Virus record (IMG/VR): IMGVR_UViG_3300023184_005116 | Location: 1 to 64,000 of that record | Origin: a virus | Direction: 5' to 3' (one strand) | DNA: 64,000 nucleotides | Translations under genes and position numbers: made by a program | Shown here: one piece after another, positions 48,269 to 57,920 of the stretch | Layout of the letters: each line of letters starts with the position of its first letter | How positions within the stretch are numbered: position 1 is the stretch's first letter | Notes under the pieces: generated by a model | The model's database searches: none | What the model was told of the DNA's origin: nothing | The model's input: only the letters and a program-made list of their open reading frames with translations

Positions 48269-50614
48269 ATGCCTAATTACACATCAACACAGAGATTTGT
48301 TAAGCTTACTGATTATTTGCTGCTAGAATATGATTATACTACAGCACCAAATCCGGAGGAGTACTTTGTAAACACAGGTCTTCCCGCAGTAGGATTTGAA
48401 AAAATTGTAAATGGATATTTTGACAATTCAGTACAGATCTTAAATAAGCCTGCAGATCAGGCTACCACTACCAATGTAAGGGATCTTAGTGTTGTTCAAA
48501 CGGCAAAAAATAGATTCGTTACGTTAGATATGGATTATCTAACTCAGTATCTAGATTATGATCCAAAATTAACACCCGTTAGTGGTCTTCCTATAGTATT
48601 CCCTTCTAATATTGGAGTTTATTATGACACTATAAAATTTCATATAGTATCAGGATACAATTTTGATAATATTGATGGTGTAATTTTACAGATAAGATTT
48701 CAAGAAAGAACTGGAAAGAAAGCAACAATATTACAACTTCTTGTTACAAAATCTGATGTAGCTCTTCCTATTCTAAATCCTAATCCTATTTATTTAGGTG
48801 GAGCTTTATATGATCATTATGTGGAAGTTAAGATACCTGCTTATGCAAATATGATTGCTCAATTTGAGATTTTAAATGGGCAACCTGCACAAACATATAC
48901 ATTAGGTGCTAAAATTTCATCAGATGGAAATGGATTTTTAAAAGATGCTCCTGTTGAATTTACTTTATACGAGATAACACAAACTGTTCTTAAAGACGGA
49001 TATCAAAACTACATAGCTCAGGTTAGAGCTCAATTAGGTGTTTTTCCTAGAGACAATTATTCTAATCTAGCCGCAGTAATCCAGCAGAATTCTTTTTATA
49101 ACTATCTTGAATATTATCCAACATGGGAAGGTAACTTCTTAGAAGATTTTATAAATGCAGAAGGTACAGTTGGTGTTTCTTATTATGTTATACACGAATT
49201 AGAAGTTAAAGAACAAGTTGGTCTAAGCTATATAACAACATATAATTTTTCAACGACACAAACTCAAGATTATAACTCTCCCTATATTTTTAGACCCGTT
49301 TTAGTTAACCCTTTAACTACATCTTTCATAGTAAACTATACTATGAGATTAGTTAATAAAACTAATCAGAATCAGATTATAAGAAGATCGTCATTTAGTT
49401 CTTTAGATGTAACTAAATACGGAAGAGAGGTTAACAAGATAAATTTAACTACAGGAGCTTATTCTCAGAAGGTATACAATAAAGTTATACAAGCTGCTAA
49501 TATATTATCACCTGTTGGTGTAAGTCCTACTCTTGGTGCTCCTATAGAGAAAAAAATACCGGTTTTCTATAAAGATAATAGTATTTCCGTCACGCAAGAA
49601 AATATCGTTATTGGTAAAGATGGGAATTTAGTTTCTGAAACATCAAGTCCAACTGCAAATACTGCTTATGGTCAAGGAAAAGCTAAAATTCTTGTCGATC
49701 CATTTGATAACTTTTACAAGTTTACAGTTTATAATCTTAAAGGAACTACAACTCCTGAGATTATGGATCTAGGCACTTCACTAACTTATTATATTGTTTT
49801 CTTAGATAAAACTGGACAAAGCGTAAGAGTTGAAAATATTAAAAATAAAACTTCAATATCAAATCCTTCTACTGGACAGGTAGCTTTTAAAGTTGTTGAT
49901 ACTAACTCAAAAAAAATCTTAGGGTTTACTTCTAGAGAATTTTATATAATTTCTAGAACACCAGATGCGGTAGAAACTAAACTTTATTCAGGAACTTGGC
50001 AAAATCAATCCGAATTTACTGCTGGTCTTTCTTCTCAAGCTTCTTCGACAGGACCAACAAAAGGTGTTACCGGAACTGCAACCACAACTACAACAACAGT
50101 TTCTACAACAGCATCAGAAGGAGCAACGAGAGCTTTAACAACAGCTGGAAATCAGATTGTAAATGAAGTTCCACAAACAACAGTAACAAAACCTAGTAGA
50201 CCTTATGTTTTAGGAAGTAGCTCAGTACTTAGTGTTAAGCCTACTTCTCTTTTAAATACAACCGGGGGATTTTCTACTGGTAAAACATCAGCAACTAAGG
50301 TTCCTTTACAAAGTTCAGTACAAGCAAATCTTATAAATATAAACGCATTAGCTGATTCTATAGCAGGAAAAGAATCACAAGGATCTAATCCTCAAAGTGT
50401 TATTAATTATTATTTTACACCTGGATCACCTGGTGCTACTCTATTTAAAGGAATAAAACCAAGTCAGTTCTTAACTGCTGCTTACCAGATACATCCTAAA
50501 ACGTCTAATGGTAACTATGATCCTAAGTATATACAATATTGTAATGCTTTAGATTTTCCAGTAACTAGCGATCCTGAAGGAGCTACAAAAAAAGGATCTA
50601 CAAATAAAAAATAA
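48269..50614 (+). CDS. Putative virion structural protein with Thr-rich linker
   Basis: 781 aa beta-rich; TGTATTTTTTVSTT low-complexity linker before a small C-terminal domain. Confidence 0.55.
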   Translation: MPNYTSTQRFVKLTDYLLLEYDYTTAPNPEEYFVNTGLPAVGFEKIVNGYFDNSVQILNKPADQATTTNVRDLSVVQTAKNRFVTLDMDYLTQYLDYDPKLTPVSGLPIVFPSNIGVYYDTIKFHIVSGYNFDNIDGVILQIRFQERTGKKATILQLLVTKSDVALPILNPNPIYLGGALYDHYVEVKIPAYANMIAQFEILNGQPAQTYTLGAKISSDGNGFLKDAPVEFTLYEITQTVLKDGYQNYIAQVRAQLGVFPRDNYSNLAAVIQQNSFYNYLEYYPTWEGNFLEDFINAEGTVGVSYYVIHELEVKEQVGLSYITTYNFSTTQTQDYNSPYIFRPVLVNPLTTSFIVNYTMRLVNKTNQNQIIRRSSFSSLDVTKYGREVNKINLTTGAYSQKVYNKVIQAANILSPVGVSPTLGAPIEKKIPVFYKDNSISVTQENIVIGKDGNLVSETSSPTANTAYGQGKAKILVDPFDNFYKFTVYNLKGTTTPEIMDLGTSLTYYIVFLDKTGQSVRVENIKNKTSISNPSTGQVAFKVVDTNSKKILGFTSREFYIISRTPDAVETKLYSGTWQNQSEFTAGLSSQASSTGPTKGVTGTATTTTTTVSTTASEGATRALTTAGNQIVNEVPQTTVTKPSRPYVLGSSSVLSVKPTSLLNTTGGFSTGKTSATKVPLQSSVQANLININALADSIAGKESQGSNPQSVINYYFTPGSPGATLFKGIKPSQFLTAAYQIHPKTSNGNYDPKYIQYCNALDFPVTSDPEGATKKGSTNKK

Positions 50615-50617
50615 TAG

Positions 50618-51169
50618 ATGATTTTAAACGCCAGGCAAAATGGTTTTATATTTAATTTTCCTAAGGGGTTTATTGTAGATGCTGTTGTTGAAAAATACCA
50701 GGGGTACATTAAAAGAATGCCTATTCCTTATGATACTGTTAATGATTTTATAAACGCAACTATACAATCTGTAAACTTCCCAACGCTTAGAGCTGTTGAT
50801 AACGTAGAACAGATTAGACCAGGCGGATTCAAACAATCTTACAAAAGTGCAACCACTTTGCAAAATTTGGTTCAAAGAGAATTTACTGTTACATTTAAAC
50901 TTGGAGAAGGATTTATTAATTATTGGGTAATTTACGAGAACATTATTAAGTTTTTGGATTTTAATAATCCAGAGCAATATCTTCCAGACTTTAGACTTTT
51001 ATTATTGGATAATGATGGTATTATTATGGCCAGCATTCTTCTTCAACAACCTATTGTGACGTCACTTTCCGAAATACAGTTGAACTACTCTTCAACTACC
51101 CCGCAGTTTAGCACTTTCTCTGTTGGGTTCAAATGTAATTACGTAGATGTCAAATTGGAAATCGGATAA
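50618..51169 (+). CDS. Tail completion/tube terminator, T4 gp3-like
   Basis: IQSVNFP...FTVTF..GEGFINY...LLLLDN...TSLSEIQLNY..F pattern of the gp3/gp19 tube fold. Confidence 0.6.
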   Translation: MILNARQNGFIFNFPKGFIVDAVVEKYQGYIKRMPIPYDTVNDFINATIQSVNFPTLRAVDNVEQIRPGGFKQSYKSATTLQNLVQREFTVTFKLGEGFINYWVIYENIIKFLDFNNPEQYLPDFRLLLLDNDGIIMASILLQQPIVTSLSEIQLNYSSTTPQFSTFSVGFKCNYVDVKLEIG

Positions 51170-51845
51170 AAAAATAATTGGTATAGACTTTAGCTTAAAC
51201 TCTCCAGGGTTTGCAATCCTAACTCAATATAATTGTAAATGGATAAGTCTCCACAGAACCACTAACAACATACCAAAGATGCTAGAAAAGGACGGATCAC
51301 CGTTCAAAGTATTTAATGGTATCTCTGAATTCTCTATTAATATAGTTGAGAAAAAAGAATTTAAAGGGGAATACCACGAAAAGGAAAGAGAAAAAATCCT
51401 TAATGCAATTTATTTCTCAGAAAAAGTTTTGGAATTACTAGAACCTTATCTTGATGGGGGAACCTCCGTAGCAATGGAAGGGCTTTCGTTTGGATCTAGT
51501 GGAAATTCTTTAATTGATATTTCTATGACTACTGCTTTAGTTAGAGCAGGCGTTGTTAAAAAAATCGATCCTAATAATTTCTTTGTAATATCTCCAACAA
51601 CTTTAAAGAAATTTGCAGTAAAGGGAAATGCAAAAAAAGACGAGCTCTACCATACAATATTAGAAAAGAAAAGATTTGATGTTAGACTTAAACCATTAAT
51701 GGATGTATTAGAAAAAAATAAAGGTACTTGGATTAAAGGAGTTGGAAAAGTAGAAAATCCTTGTTCTGATATAATTGATGCTACTTGGTTAGCTTTATTT
51801 ATTGAAGAAAATGAAGAGAAACTTTTGAAAGGCTCCACTGTATAA
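51147..51845 (+). CDS. RuvC-like Holliday junction resolvase
   Basis: IIGIDFSLNSPG, VAMEGLSF, ISPTTLKKFA.KGNAKKDE, DIIDA acidic tetrad. Confidence 0.8.
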   Translation: MSNWKSDKKIIGIDFSLNSPGFAILTQYNCKWISLHRTTNNIPKMLEKDGSPFKVFNGISEFSINIVEKKEFKGEYHEKEREKILNAIYFSEKVLELLEPYLDGGTSVAMEGLSFGSSGNSLIDISMTTALVRAGVVKKIDPNNFFVISPTTLKKFAVKGNAKKDELYHTILEKKRFDVRLKPLMDVLEKNKGTWIKGVGKVENPCSDIIDATWLALFIEENEEKLLKGSTV

Positions 51846-51848
51846 ATA
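51818..51848 (+). promoter_or_regulatory. Putative class A promoter (GAAACT-N17-TATAAATA)
   Basis: Overlaps the resolvase 3' end upstream of gp32; the -10 element is also the T4 late consensus TATAAATA. Confidence 0.55.
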
Positions 51849-51894
51849 AAGATTAAGTTCATTAAAAAAACAATTAAAAAAAATTTGAAAAATT

Positions 51895-52851
51895 ATGGAA
51901 GACAATTTTGACATTTTCAACCTGGACAATGAGGCATTTGTAAAACAGGAAGTTAAGAGAGATGAGGACGAGTTTATCTACAAACCGTATCCTGAATTAG
52001 GAAAAGACGGTGTGTATAAATCTTTAATCCGATTCTTACCTAACATCACAAACCCTAAAAAATCTAAAATCCACCAATACTACGTGTGGTTAAAAGATCC
52101 TGTAGACGGAGCAAACTTTAAAGCTCTTTGTCCTTCTACAGTAGGAAAAAAATCAATTTTAAAAGACATTTACTGGAAGCTTAAAAATTCTGCTTCTGCT
52201 AAAGATCAAGAGATTTCTAAAGCTTTCTCAAGAAAAGAAGATTTCTATTCTTTGATTCAAGTAGTAAAAGATCCAAACAAGCCAGAGCTTGAAGGTAAAA
52301 TCATGATCTTGAAATTCGGTAGAAAAGTAAACGATCTTATCGAGCAACAAATTAAACCTGAATTTGGTAATCCGTCAAATCCTTATGATTTATTCGAAGG
52401 TAAAAGTTTTGGATTACAGGTAAGAAAGGTTGGTGAATGGAACAACTACGATCTTTGTCAATTCGTTGGAGATAAAGGACCGGTTATGGTTAATGGATCT
52501 GCAGTTGAAAAAACAGAGGAAAGCAGAGACGCAATCACTAAATATTTAAAATCCGGTCCATTGGATCTTGATAAATATGATTACAAAGATTGGACAGAAG
52601 ACGAAACTGAGAAGATCATGAAGATCATTAGAAACACTATTCCTGACGGAAGAATGATTTCTGAAATCGTTTCAGGAAACTCTGATTCTAAATCTGCTAC
52701 ATCAGCACCTTCAAACAATGTTGATAGTTTCTTCGAGGATGCTAATTCTCGTACTACAACACAATCTGAAGAGCCAGATCAGGAATCAAAACCAGCTAAG
52801 TCAAGTGGTAAAGCCGCTCCTTCTCTAGACGATTTATATAACGATTTATAA
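51895..52851 (+). CDS. Single-stranded DNA-binding protein, T4 gp32-like
   Basis: LIRFLP, CPST.G, VVKDPNKPELEGKIMILKFGRKV, PYDLFEG..F, NYD; acidic tail SLDDLYNDL. Confidence 0.9.
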   Translation: MEDNFDIFNLDNEAFVKQEVKRDEDEFIYKPYPELGKDGVYKSLIRFLPNITNPKKSKIHQYYVWLKDPVDGANFKALCPSTVGKKSILKDIYWKLKNSASAKDQEISKAFSRKEDFYSLIQVVKDPNKPELEGKIMILKFGRKVNDLIEQQIKPEFGNPSNPYDLFEGKSFGLQVRKVGEWNNYDLCQFVGDKGPVMVNGSAVEKTEESRDAITKYLKSGPLDLDKYDYKDWTEDETEKIMKIIRNTIPDGRMISEIVSGNSDSKSATSAPSNNVDSFFEDANSRTTTQSEEPDQESKPAKSSGKAAPSLDDLYNDL

Positions 52852-52871
52852 TAATCTAAATATGGATCGTA

Positions 52872-53942
52872 ATGGAAACAAAGGAAGCAAGTGGTCTTAC
52901 AGTAGACCGAGTTAAAGGGATAGTACAAGCATCTCTTCTTAAATTCTTCGGAAACGATCCGCATCGTCTTAAGATATACCAAGGGGGCAACAGATTAAAT
53001 TTCTGTTGCCCCTATTGTGGTGATTCTAGGGATCCTAAAAAGAAAAGAGGGAATCTATACTTAGATACACTAACTTATAAATGTTATAACGGAGGTTGCG
53101 GGGTATTTAAGAATCTGAACCAATTAACAAGGGATTTCGATATACAGACAATGCTTAGTTCTGATGAGATCTCGGAAATAACTGAATTATCAAGAAGCTC
53201 TGTAGCAAGAAAGAAAATCCGTAATTCTATTGATTATTTCTTTTCCGAAAATTACAAAGACATTCTAATACCTAGAGATGAGCTAAAAGCTAAACTAGGA
53301 CTTTGGGAGGTTAAAGGAACTTTTGCAGAAAAATGGATTCTTGATAGAAACCATACACCTGATAGTAAATTTTTATGGGATCCAAAAAGAAGAAATCTAT
53401 ATCTTTTAAATCTTTCAGGAGACGAGACTAAGGTTATTGGTTTACAAATGAGGCCAATAGTTAAAAAGGGACATAGCAAATATTTTACATATAAGCTTAG
53501 CGGTATTTATAAAAATCTTATGGGAATAAAAGATCCTGAGATTATTTTAAAAGCCGAAGAGGTTGATCCAATATCTAGTGTATTTGGATTTGCAACTGTG
53601 GACTTAGATGCTATGATTACAACTTTTGAAGGACCATTGGATGCTTGGCTTTGTCCAAATTCAATTGCACTTTGTTCTATTAATAACCCTTTCCCTTTTG
53701 ATGTATTAAATAAGAGGTGGTTCTTAGACGGAGATAAACCAGGAAGAGATAAATCAAGAAATCTTTTAGAAGATGGTGAAAATGTATTTCTTTGGGGAAA
53801 ATTTTTAAAAGAAAATGATTTTCCTGATAGGGAAAAATGGGATCTTAATGATGTTGTAAATTATCTTAGATCAACAGGAAAAAAAATCAAAAGGCTCGAT
53901 AATTATTTTTCCACTGATAAATGGGATATTATAGATATATGA
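52872..53942 (+). CDS. DNA primase, T4 gp61-like
   Basis: Zn-finger NFCCPYCGDS...RG..Y...YKCYNGGC; Toprim EGPLD, FLDGD..G, DLND. Confidence 0.88.
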   Translation: METKEASGLTVDRVKGIVQASLLKFFGNDPHRLKIYQGGNRLNFCCPYCGDSRDPKKKRGNLYLDTLTYKCYNGGCGVFKNLNQLTRDFDIQTMLSSDEISEITELSRSSVARKKIRNSIDYFFSENYKDILIPRDELKAKLGLWEVKGTFAEKWILDRNHTPDSKFLWDPKRRNLYLLNLSGDETKVIGLQMRPIVKKGHSKYFTYKLSGIYKNLMGIKDPEIILKAEEVDPISSVFGFATVDLDAMITTFEGPLDAWLCPNSIALCSINNPFPFDVLNKRWFLDGDKPGRDKSRNLLEDGENVFLWGKFLKENDFPDREKWDLNDVVNYLRSTGKKIKRLDNYFSTDKWDIIDI

Positions 53943-54139
53943 AAAAATCTAGAGCTAAAAATAATAATGGTAAATATAAGTTTCCTGTAGATATAAAAGG
54001 GGACTTTGAATTACCTGATTTTGATCTGTCTTCTAATTATGAGAACAGCAAGGTAAAGAATAAAATAAGCTCTGAAATAAAAGAGGTTATTACAGTAAAA
54101 AATAAAAAGAAAAAATGTCAGAGCAACAAGCTAATATAG
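53939..54139 (+). CDS. Small basic hypothetical protein
   Basis: ATGA overlap with the primase stop (MKKSRAK...). Confidence 0.45.
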   Translation: MKKSRAKNNNGKYKFPVDIKGDFELPDFDLSSNYENSKVKNKISSEIKEVITVKNKKKKCQSNKLI

Positions 54140-54585
54140 AGGGTAAAATAGATTTTGATAAAAAATTTGGCGAAGAAAGATCTGAGTGGACTGAAAAAAT
54201 TAGATCACTTGCTATTCGTATGAAAAACATTAGAGAGCTTGCTGAAGTACAGGTCGATTTATATTCAAATAGACAGATCATATTAGAATATAATGCTAAA
54301 CTTGGACAAGTTATGACTAAGCTTAATGCTAAATTCAGAAAAGATAAAGCAGATCGTTTAAAGTATTACTCTGAAAATAGCCAGGTGAAATACGGAGCAA
54401 ATGAAAAGAATCCATTGATAGAGGGGGATCTTAGTGAGTTAAAAGAAAGAATGGAAATAGTAGAAACACAGATTTCTTTTCTAAATGAAACTATGAAAAC
54501 TGTAGACCACATGCTTTATGGGGTCCGTTCAAGAATATCTCTTGAAGAGTATATGAGATCGGGAGCGGTCAAAAATAATTATTAA
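54115..54585 (+). CDS. uvsY: Recombination mediator, UvsY-like
   Basis: Helical 156 aa, RLKYYS...LIEGD...QISFL...K.VD..YG.RSRI pattern; sits immediately upstream of uvsW as in T4-like phages. Confidence 0.6.
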   Translation: MSEQQANIEGKIDFDKKFGEERSEWTEKIRSLAIRMKNIRELAEVQVDLYSNRQIILEYNAKLGQVMTKLNAKFRKDKADRLKYYSENSQVKYGANEKNPLIEGDLSELKERMEIVETQISFLNETMKTVDHMLYGVRSRISLEEYMRSGAVKNNY

Positions 54586-54588
54586 TTA

Positions 54589-56115
54589 ATGCTAAAATTC
54601 GTAGTAAGTGAAGATAGGAATTGGTTAAGTTTAGTTGATTATGACGAAGAATTTGAAAGAAAACAAATTGAAATATCATTAACTAAAAAAATACATAACC
54701 ACTTTTTTCACCCCCTTGTTAAAAAGAAACATTGGGATGGAGCTATATGTTTTGTAGATAAGAGATTGCCTATTTGGAGAGTTCCAGTTGGACTTTGGTC
54801 TGAACTTTATCAGATAGGACAAAAATATAAAATAGAGGTGAGAATAGATGGTCTTGAGAACATCATAGACAGTTCTTTAACTCTTGAAAAATTTACTTCG
54901 TGGTGTAACGATTTTTTTGAAGGTAAATCTTTTCAGCCTAGAGATTATCAAATAGAAACAGCATGGAAGATCGTAAGATTTAAACTTTCCGTATCTGAGG
55001 TTGCAACTAGTTCTGGAAAAACTCTCATTGCATTTATGGTTCTTGCATATCTTAAGAAAGTACATAACGTTCAGAAATTCTTAATGGTAGTACCAAATAG
55101 TAACCTTGTAATACAAGGATCTGAGGACTTTGAAGAGTATGGATTAGAAGAATTAGACAATTGTGAGCTTCAGCAAATACACGGATCTAATAAAAAGAAA
55201 ATATCAAGTGGGCTTATGATTGGTACTTATCAATCATTGGTTAAAATGGAGCCTGAATTTTTTGATGGAGTTGAAGCTGTTTTTGTTGACGAATGTCATC
55301 AAGCCCAAAGTGCATCGATTAAAAAGGTAGTTGCCTTGTGTAGGGATTCTAAATGGAGATTTGGATTATCTGGTACTCTAGCTAATAAAGCTACTGCTGA
55401 GTATCTGACAATACAACAATTTCTAGGACCATTAATTATGGAGATATCCCCTAAGTTTTTGTTTGATAACAAATATGCTACTCCAGTATCAATTAAAATT
55501 GTTAAAATGGATTGGCTAGATGATAGTGTAAAAGAAAAACTTGGTACGCTAAAAGAAACAAAAACTGAAATAGAGGGGAATGAAATATTTAATATTGAAA
55601 GAAAGCTTGTTGTAAATTCAGACAAAAGGCTGGATTATGTTCTAAACTTTATACTCAAGACTTCTAAAAATTCATTGGTTCTTTTTCAATCTGTAGGCGA
55701 GGGATACGGTAAAAGACTATACGACGGAATTAGAGAAAAAACTAATGAACGTGAGGTTTATTATATAGACGGAGATACGGATCCTCAGAAAAGAGAAATC
55801 TTTTTGAATAGAATGGAAGAAGGTATTAATAAAATATTGGTAGCATCTTTTGGTACTCTTTCTACAGGAATCAGCGTAAAAAATATCCACAATATATTCC
55901 TTACTGAATCATATAAATCTGAGGTTTTAATCAAGCAAAGCTTAGGAAGGGGAATGAGATTATTTGAAGGGAAAGATAAAGTAAATATTATAGACTTTGT
56001 AGACAACTTTTCTTGGAACGGTAAAGACAATTACCTTATGAAACATTCAAAAGAAAGAATAGAAATATACAAAAAAGAGCATTTTGAATATAAGGTCTAC
56101 GAGATCAAAATTTAA
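54589..56115 (+). CDS. uvsW: SF2 DNA helicase, UvsW-like
   Basis: WDG.I, PRDYQ, ATSSGKT, TYQSL, VDECH, GLSGT, STGISVKNIHN, QSLGRGMR. Confidence 0.9.
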   Translation: MLKFVVSEDRNWLSLVDYDEEFERKQIEISLTKKIHNHFFHPLVKKKHWDGAICFVDKRLPIWRVPVGLWSELYQIGQKYKIEVRIDGLENIIDSSLTLEKFTSWCNDFFEGKSFQPRDYQIETAWKIVRFKLSVSEVATSSGKTLIAFMVLAYLKKVHNVQKFLMVVPNSNLVIQGSEDFEEYGLEELDNCELQQIHGSNKKKISSGLMIGTYQSLVKMEPEFFDGVEAVFVDECHQAQSASIKKVVALCRDSKWRFGLSGTLANKATAEYLTIQQFLGPLIMEISPKFLFDNKYATPVSIKIVKMDWLDDSVKEKLGTLKETKTEIEGNEIFNIERKLVVNSDKRLDYVLNFILKTSKNSLVLFQSVGEGYGKRLYDGIREKTNEREVYYIDGDTDPQKREIFLNRMEEGINKILVASFGTLSTGISVKNIHNIFLTESYKSEVLIKQSLGRGMRLFEGKDKVNIIDFVDNFSWNGKDNYLMKHSKERIEIYKKEHFEYKVYEIKI

Positions 56116-56120
56116 TATTT

Positions 56121-56130
56121 GGATATATAA
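56121..56130 (+). promoter_or_regulatory. Putative class B promoter GGATATATAA
   Basis: Intergenic, starts the cluster of leader-bearing genes. Confidence 0.55.
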
Positions 56131-56150
56131 GAAGAAAGAAAAGAATCTAA

Positions 56151-56741
56151 ATGAAAAATATCCAATTATACGAGCATTTTTGTATTAACGAGGCTGAAAA
56201 TGTATTCTTTACTAGACACAATCAACCTGGTAAATACAAAGATAGAGCATCAAAAACATACGGATTAACAGAAAATCCTACGGTATTACAAAAAGCTCAC
56301 AACTTCTTTAGCAAAATGGAAGACCGAATAAACAGCATGGCTGGAATCGGTAGTTCTTTGCAAAAATCAAGAAGATCTGAAAGAGGCGGAGGCCCTGATA
56401 CTGGTGTAGAGGTACTTTTTGGCTTACCTTCTGTTATACCTAACGTACTTAAAAGAGTATTTGGTCCTAGTAAATTTGAGCTTGCTAAAAAAGCACCTGC
56501 TAGCGACGATAACGTAGATTTGGAATTCATGAGACATACTAATGAAGACTTTGCTAAAAATGATCTTCCTAGTATAAGAACTGAAAAACAGCTGGAGGAT
56601 AATATTGCAGATCTTTATCAAAAAGGTAATGTTGCAAAAGGACAGGTTCCTGTTCTAGATGATATAGCAAGAAATAGAGCTACTATGTATTATACTAGAG
56701 AGTTCAACCCAGCCCAACCGGTATTACAAACAAATAACTAA
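56151..56741 (+). CDS. Hypothetical protein with capsid-targeting-like leader (putative internal head protein)
   Basis: MKNIQLYEHFCINE-A. Confidence 0.6.
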   Translation: MKNIQLYEHFCINEAENVFFTRHNQPGKYKDRASKTYGLTENPTVLQKAHNFFSKMEDRINSMAGIGSSLQKSRRSERGGGPDTGVEVLFGLPSVIPNVLKRVFGPSKFELAKKAPASDDNVDLEFMRHTNEDFAKNDLPSIRTEKQLEDNIADLYQKGNVAKGQVPVLDDIARNRATMYYTREFNPAQPVLQTNN

Positions 56742-56747
56742 TCAAAA

Positions 56748-57470
56748 ATGAAAAAATTCTCTTTAGTAGTAGAAAAGAAAAAACAAGAATTACAAGAAAA
56801 CGAATTGGTAAACGAAAGAAATCTTTACCTAGATTTTTCTAAAAAATATAACAAGGAACATGGTGTTTCTGGTCCTTTTGATAAAAAGTTCAAAGGAGAC
56901 GAAAAAGCTCAAGAGGAGTATATGGGAGGCCTTTCTAAAGCTTGGGCAGAGCACAAAAAGAAAAAAGGAATCAAAAATAAATCTGAAAAGAATTTTGATT
57001 TCAAGAAAAAAATGAACGAGTCCAAAGCATTAGATATGGCTAAAGAAATGATCGGCGACGGTGGAGAACCTAACTATCATTTTGTTACTATGTGTGATGA
57101 TTATCTTTTTGAAAAAGAAGGTGAAATGATAAAATACAGTAAGGACATTTCTTCAGCTCCTCTTAAAATTAAAACTACTCCTGATATGGGAGCTTACACA
57201 TTTGGCCCTTTCATGAATATCGAAGAGTCTAAAATGTTTGCAGAAAGTATTGAACTTGATGAAATCAATGGACCTAGAATGGTAGTTATAGAGGACAGAA
57301 AAGAAGGAGAAGTTTTTTCTAAATATCTTAGCTGTAAGCTTCAACCGGTTTGGGACGAAAACATTAGTGACAGTAGCGCATCTGATGAGGATATGGACGA
57401 CGAAGATGAATTTGAAGATCCTAATTCGGAATATACATACGGTGACGAAACTGAAGACGAAGAAGAATAA
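56748..57470 (+). CDS. Hypothetical protein, putative internal head protein with acidic tail
   Basis: MKKFSLVVE..LQENELVNE, KMNES; C-terminal DEDMDDEDEFED...ETEDEEE. Confidence 0.6.
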   Translation: MKKFSLVVEKKKQELQENELVNERNLYLDFSKKYNKEHGVSGPFDKKFKGDEKAQEEYMGGLSKAWAEHKKKKGIKNKSEKNFDFKKKMNESKALDMAKEMIGDGGEPNYHFVTMCDDYLFEKEGEMIKYSKDISSAPLKIKTTPDMGAYTFGPFMNIEESKMFAESIELDEINGPRMVVIEDRKEGEVFSKYLSCKLQPVWDENISDSSASDEDMDDEDEFEDPNSEYTYGDETEDEEE

Positions 57471-57472
57471 GA

Positions 57473-57916
57473 ATGCTAACACTATCACAAAATCTAGCTC
57501 TTTATCCGCTTTTACAGCACTATATAGGGAGTCAAGTAACCTCTATTATACCAAATCAATCTTATCTCTCTTTTAATACCTTATTAGGTGAAAGGGGAGA
57601 ACTTCGTATGGAAGATAATGGCGATTGGAGAATAATAATAGGAAGTGAAATTATAGATACAATAGAAAGTGATGTTTTTAAAACTCTTATAAGTCCAGAT
57701 GCTAAAATAAAAATAGAGGAATATCTAGATTTACTGAAATCCTTGGGTACTCAGGATAATATAAGCTATCGATCTAGAGTACTTGTTCAACAGATTCTAA
57801 AAGTTTTAGAAGATTATGTTATTAACTCTAATTATGTGCCTAAGAAAATAATAAAAGTTGGGCCTTTTATTGTTTTTAGCCACGAGGGAATAAAATTTAT
57901 AAATTGTTTAAATTAA
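57473..57916 (+). CDS. Hypothetical protein
   Basis: 147 aa ORF in the gene train. Confidence 0.6.
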   Translation: MLTLSQNLALYPLLQHYIGSQVTSIIPNQSYLSFNTLLGERGELRMEDNGDWRIIIGSEIIDTIESDVFKTLISPDAKIKIEEYLDLLKSLGTQDNISYRSRVLVQQILKVLEDYVINSNYVPKKIIKVGPFIVFSHEGIKFINCLN

Positions 57917-57920
57917 AAAA

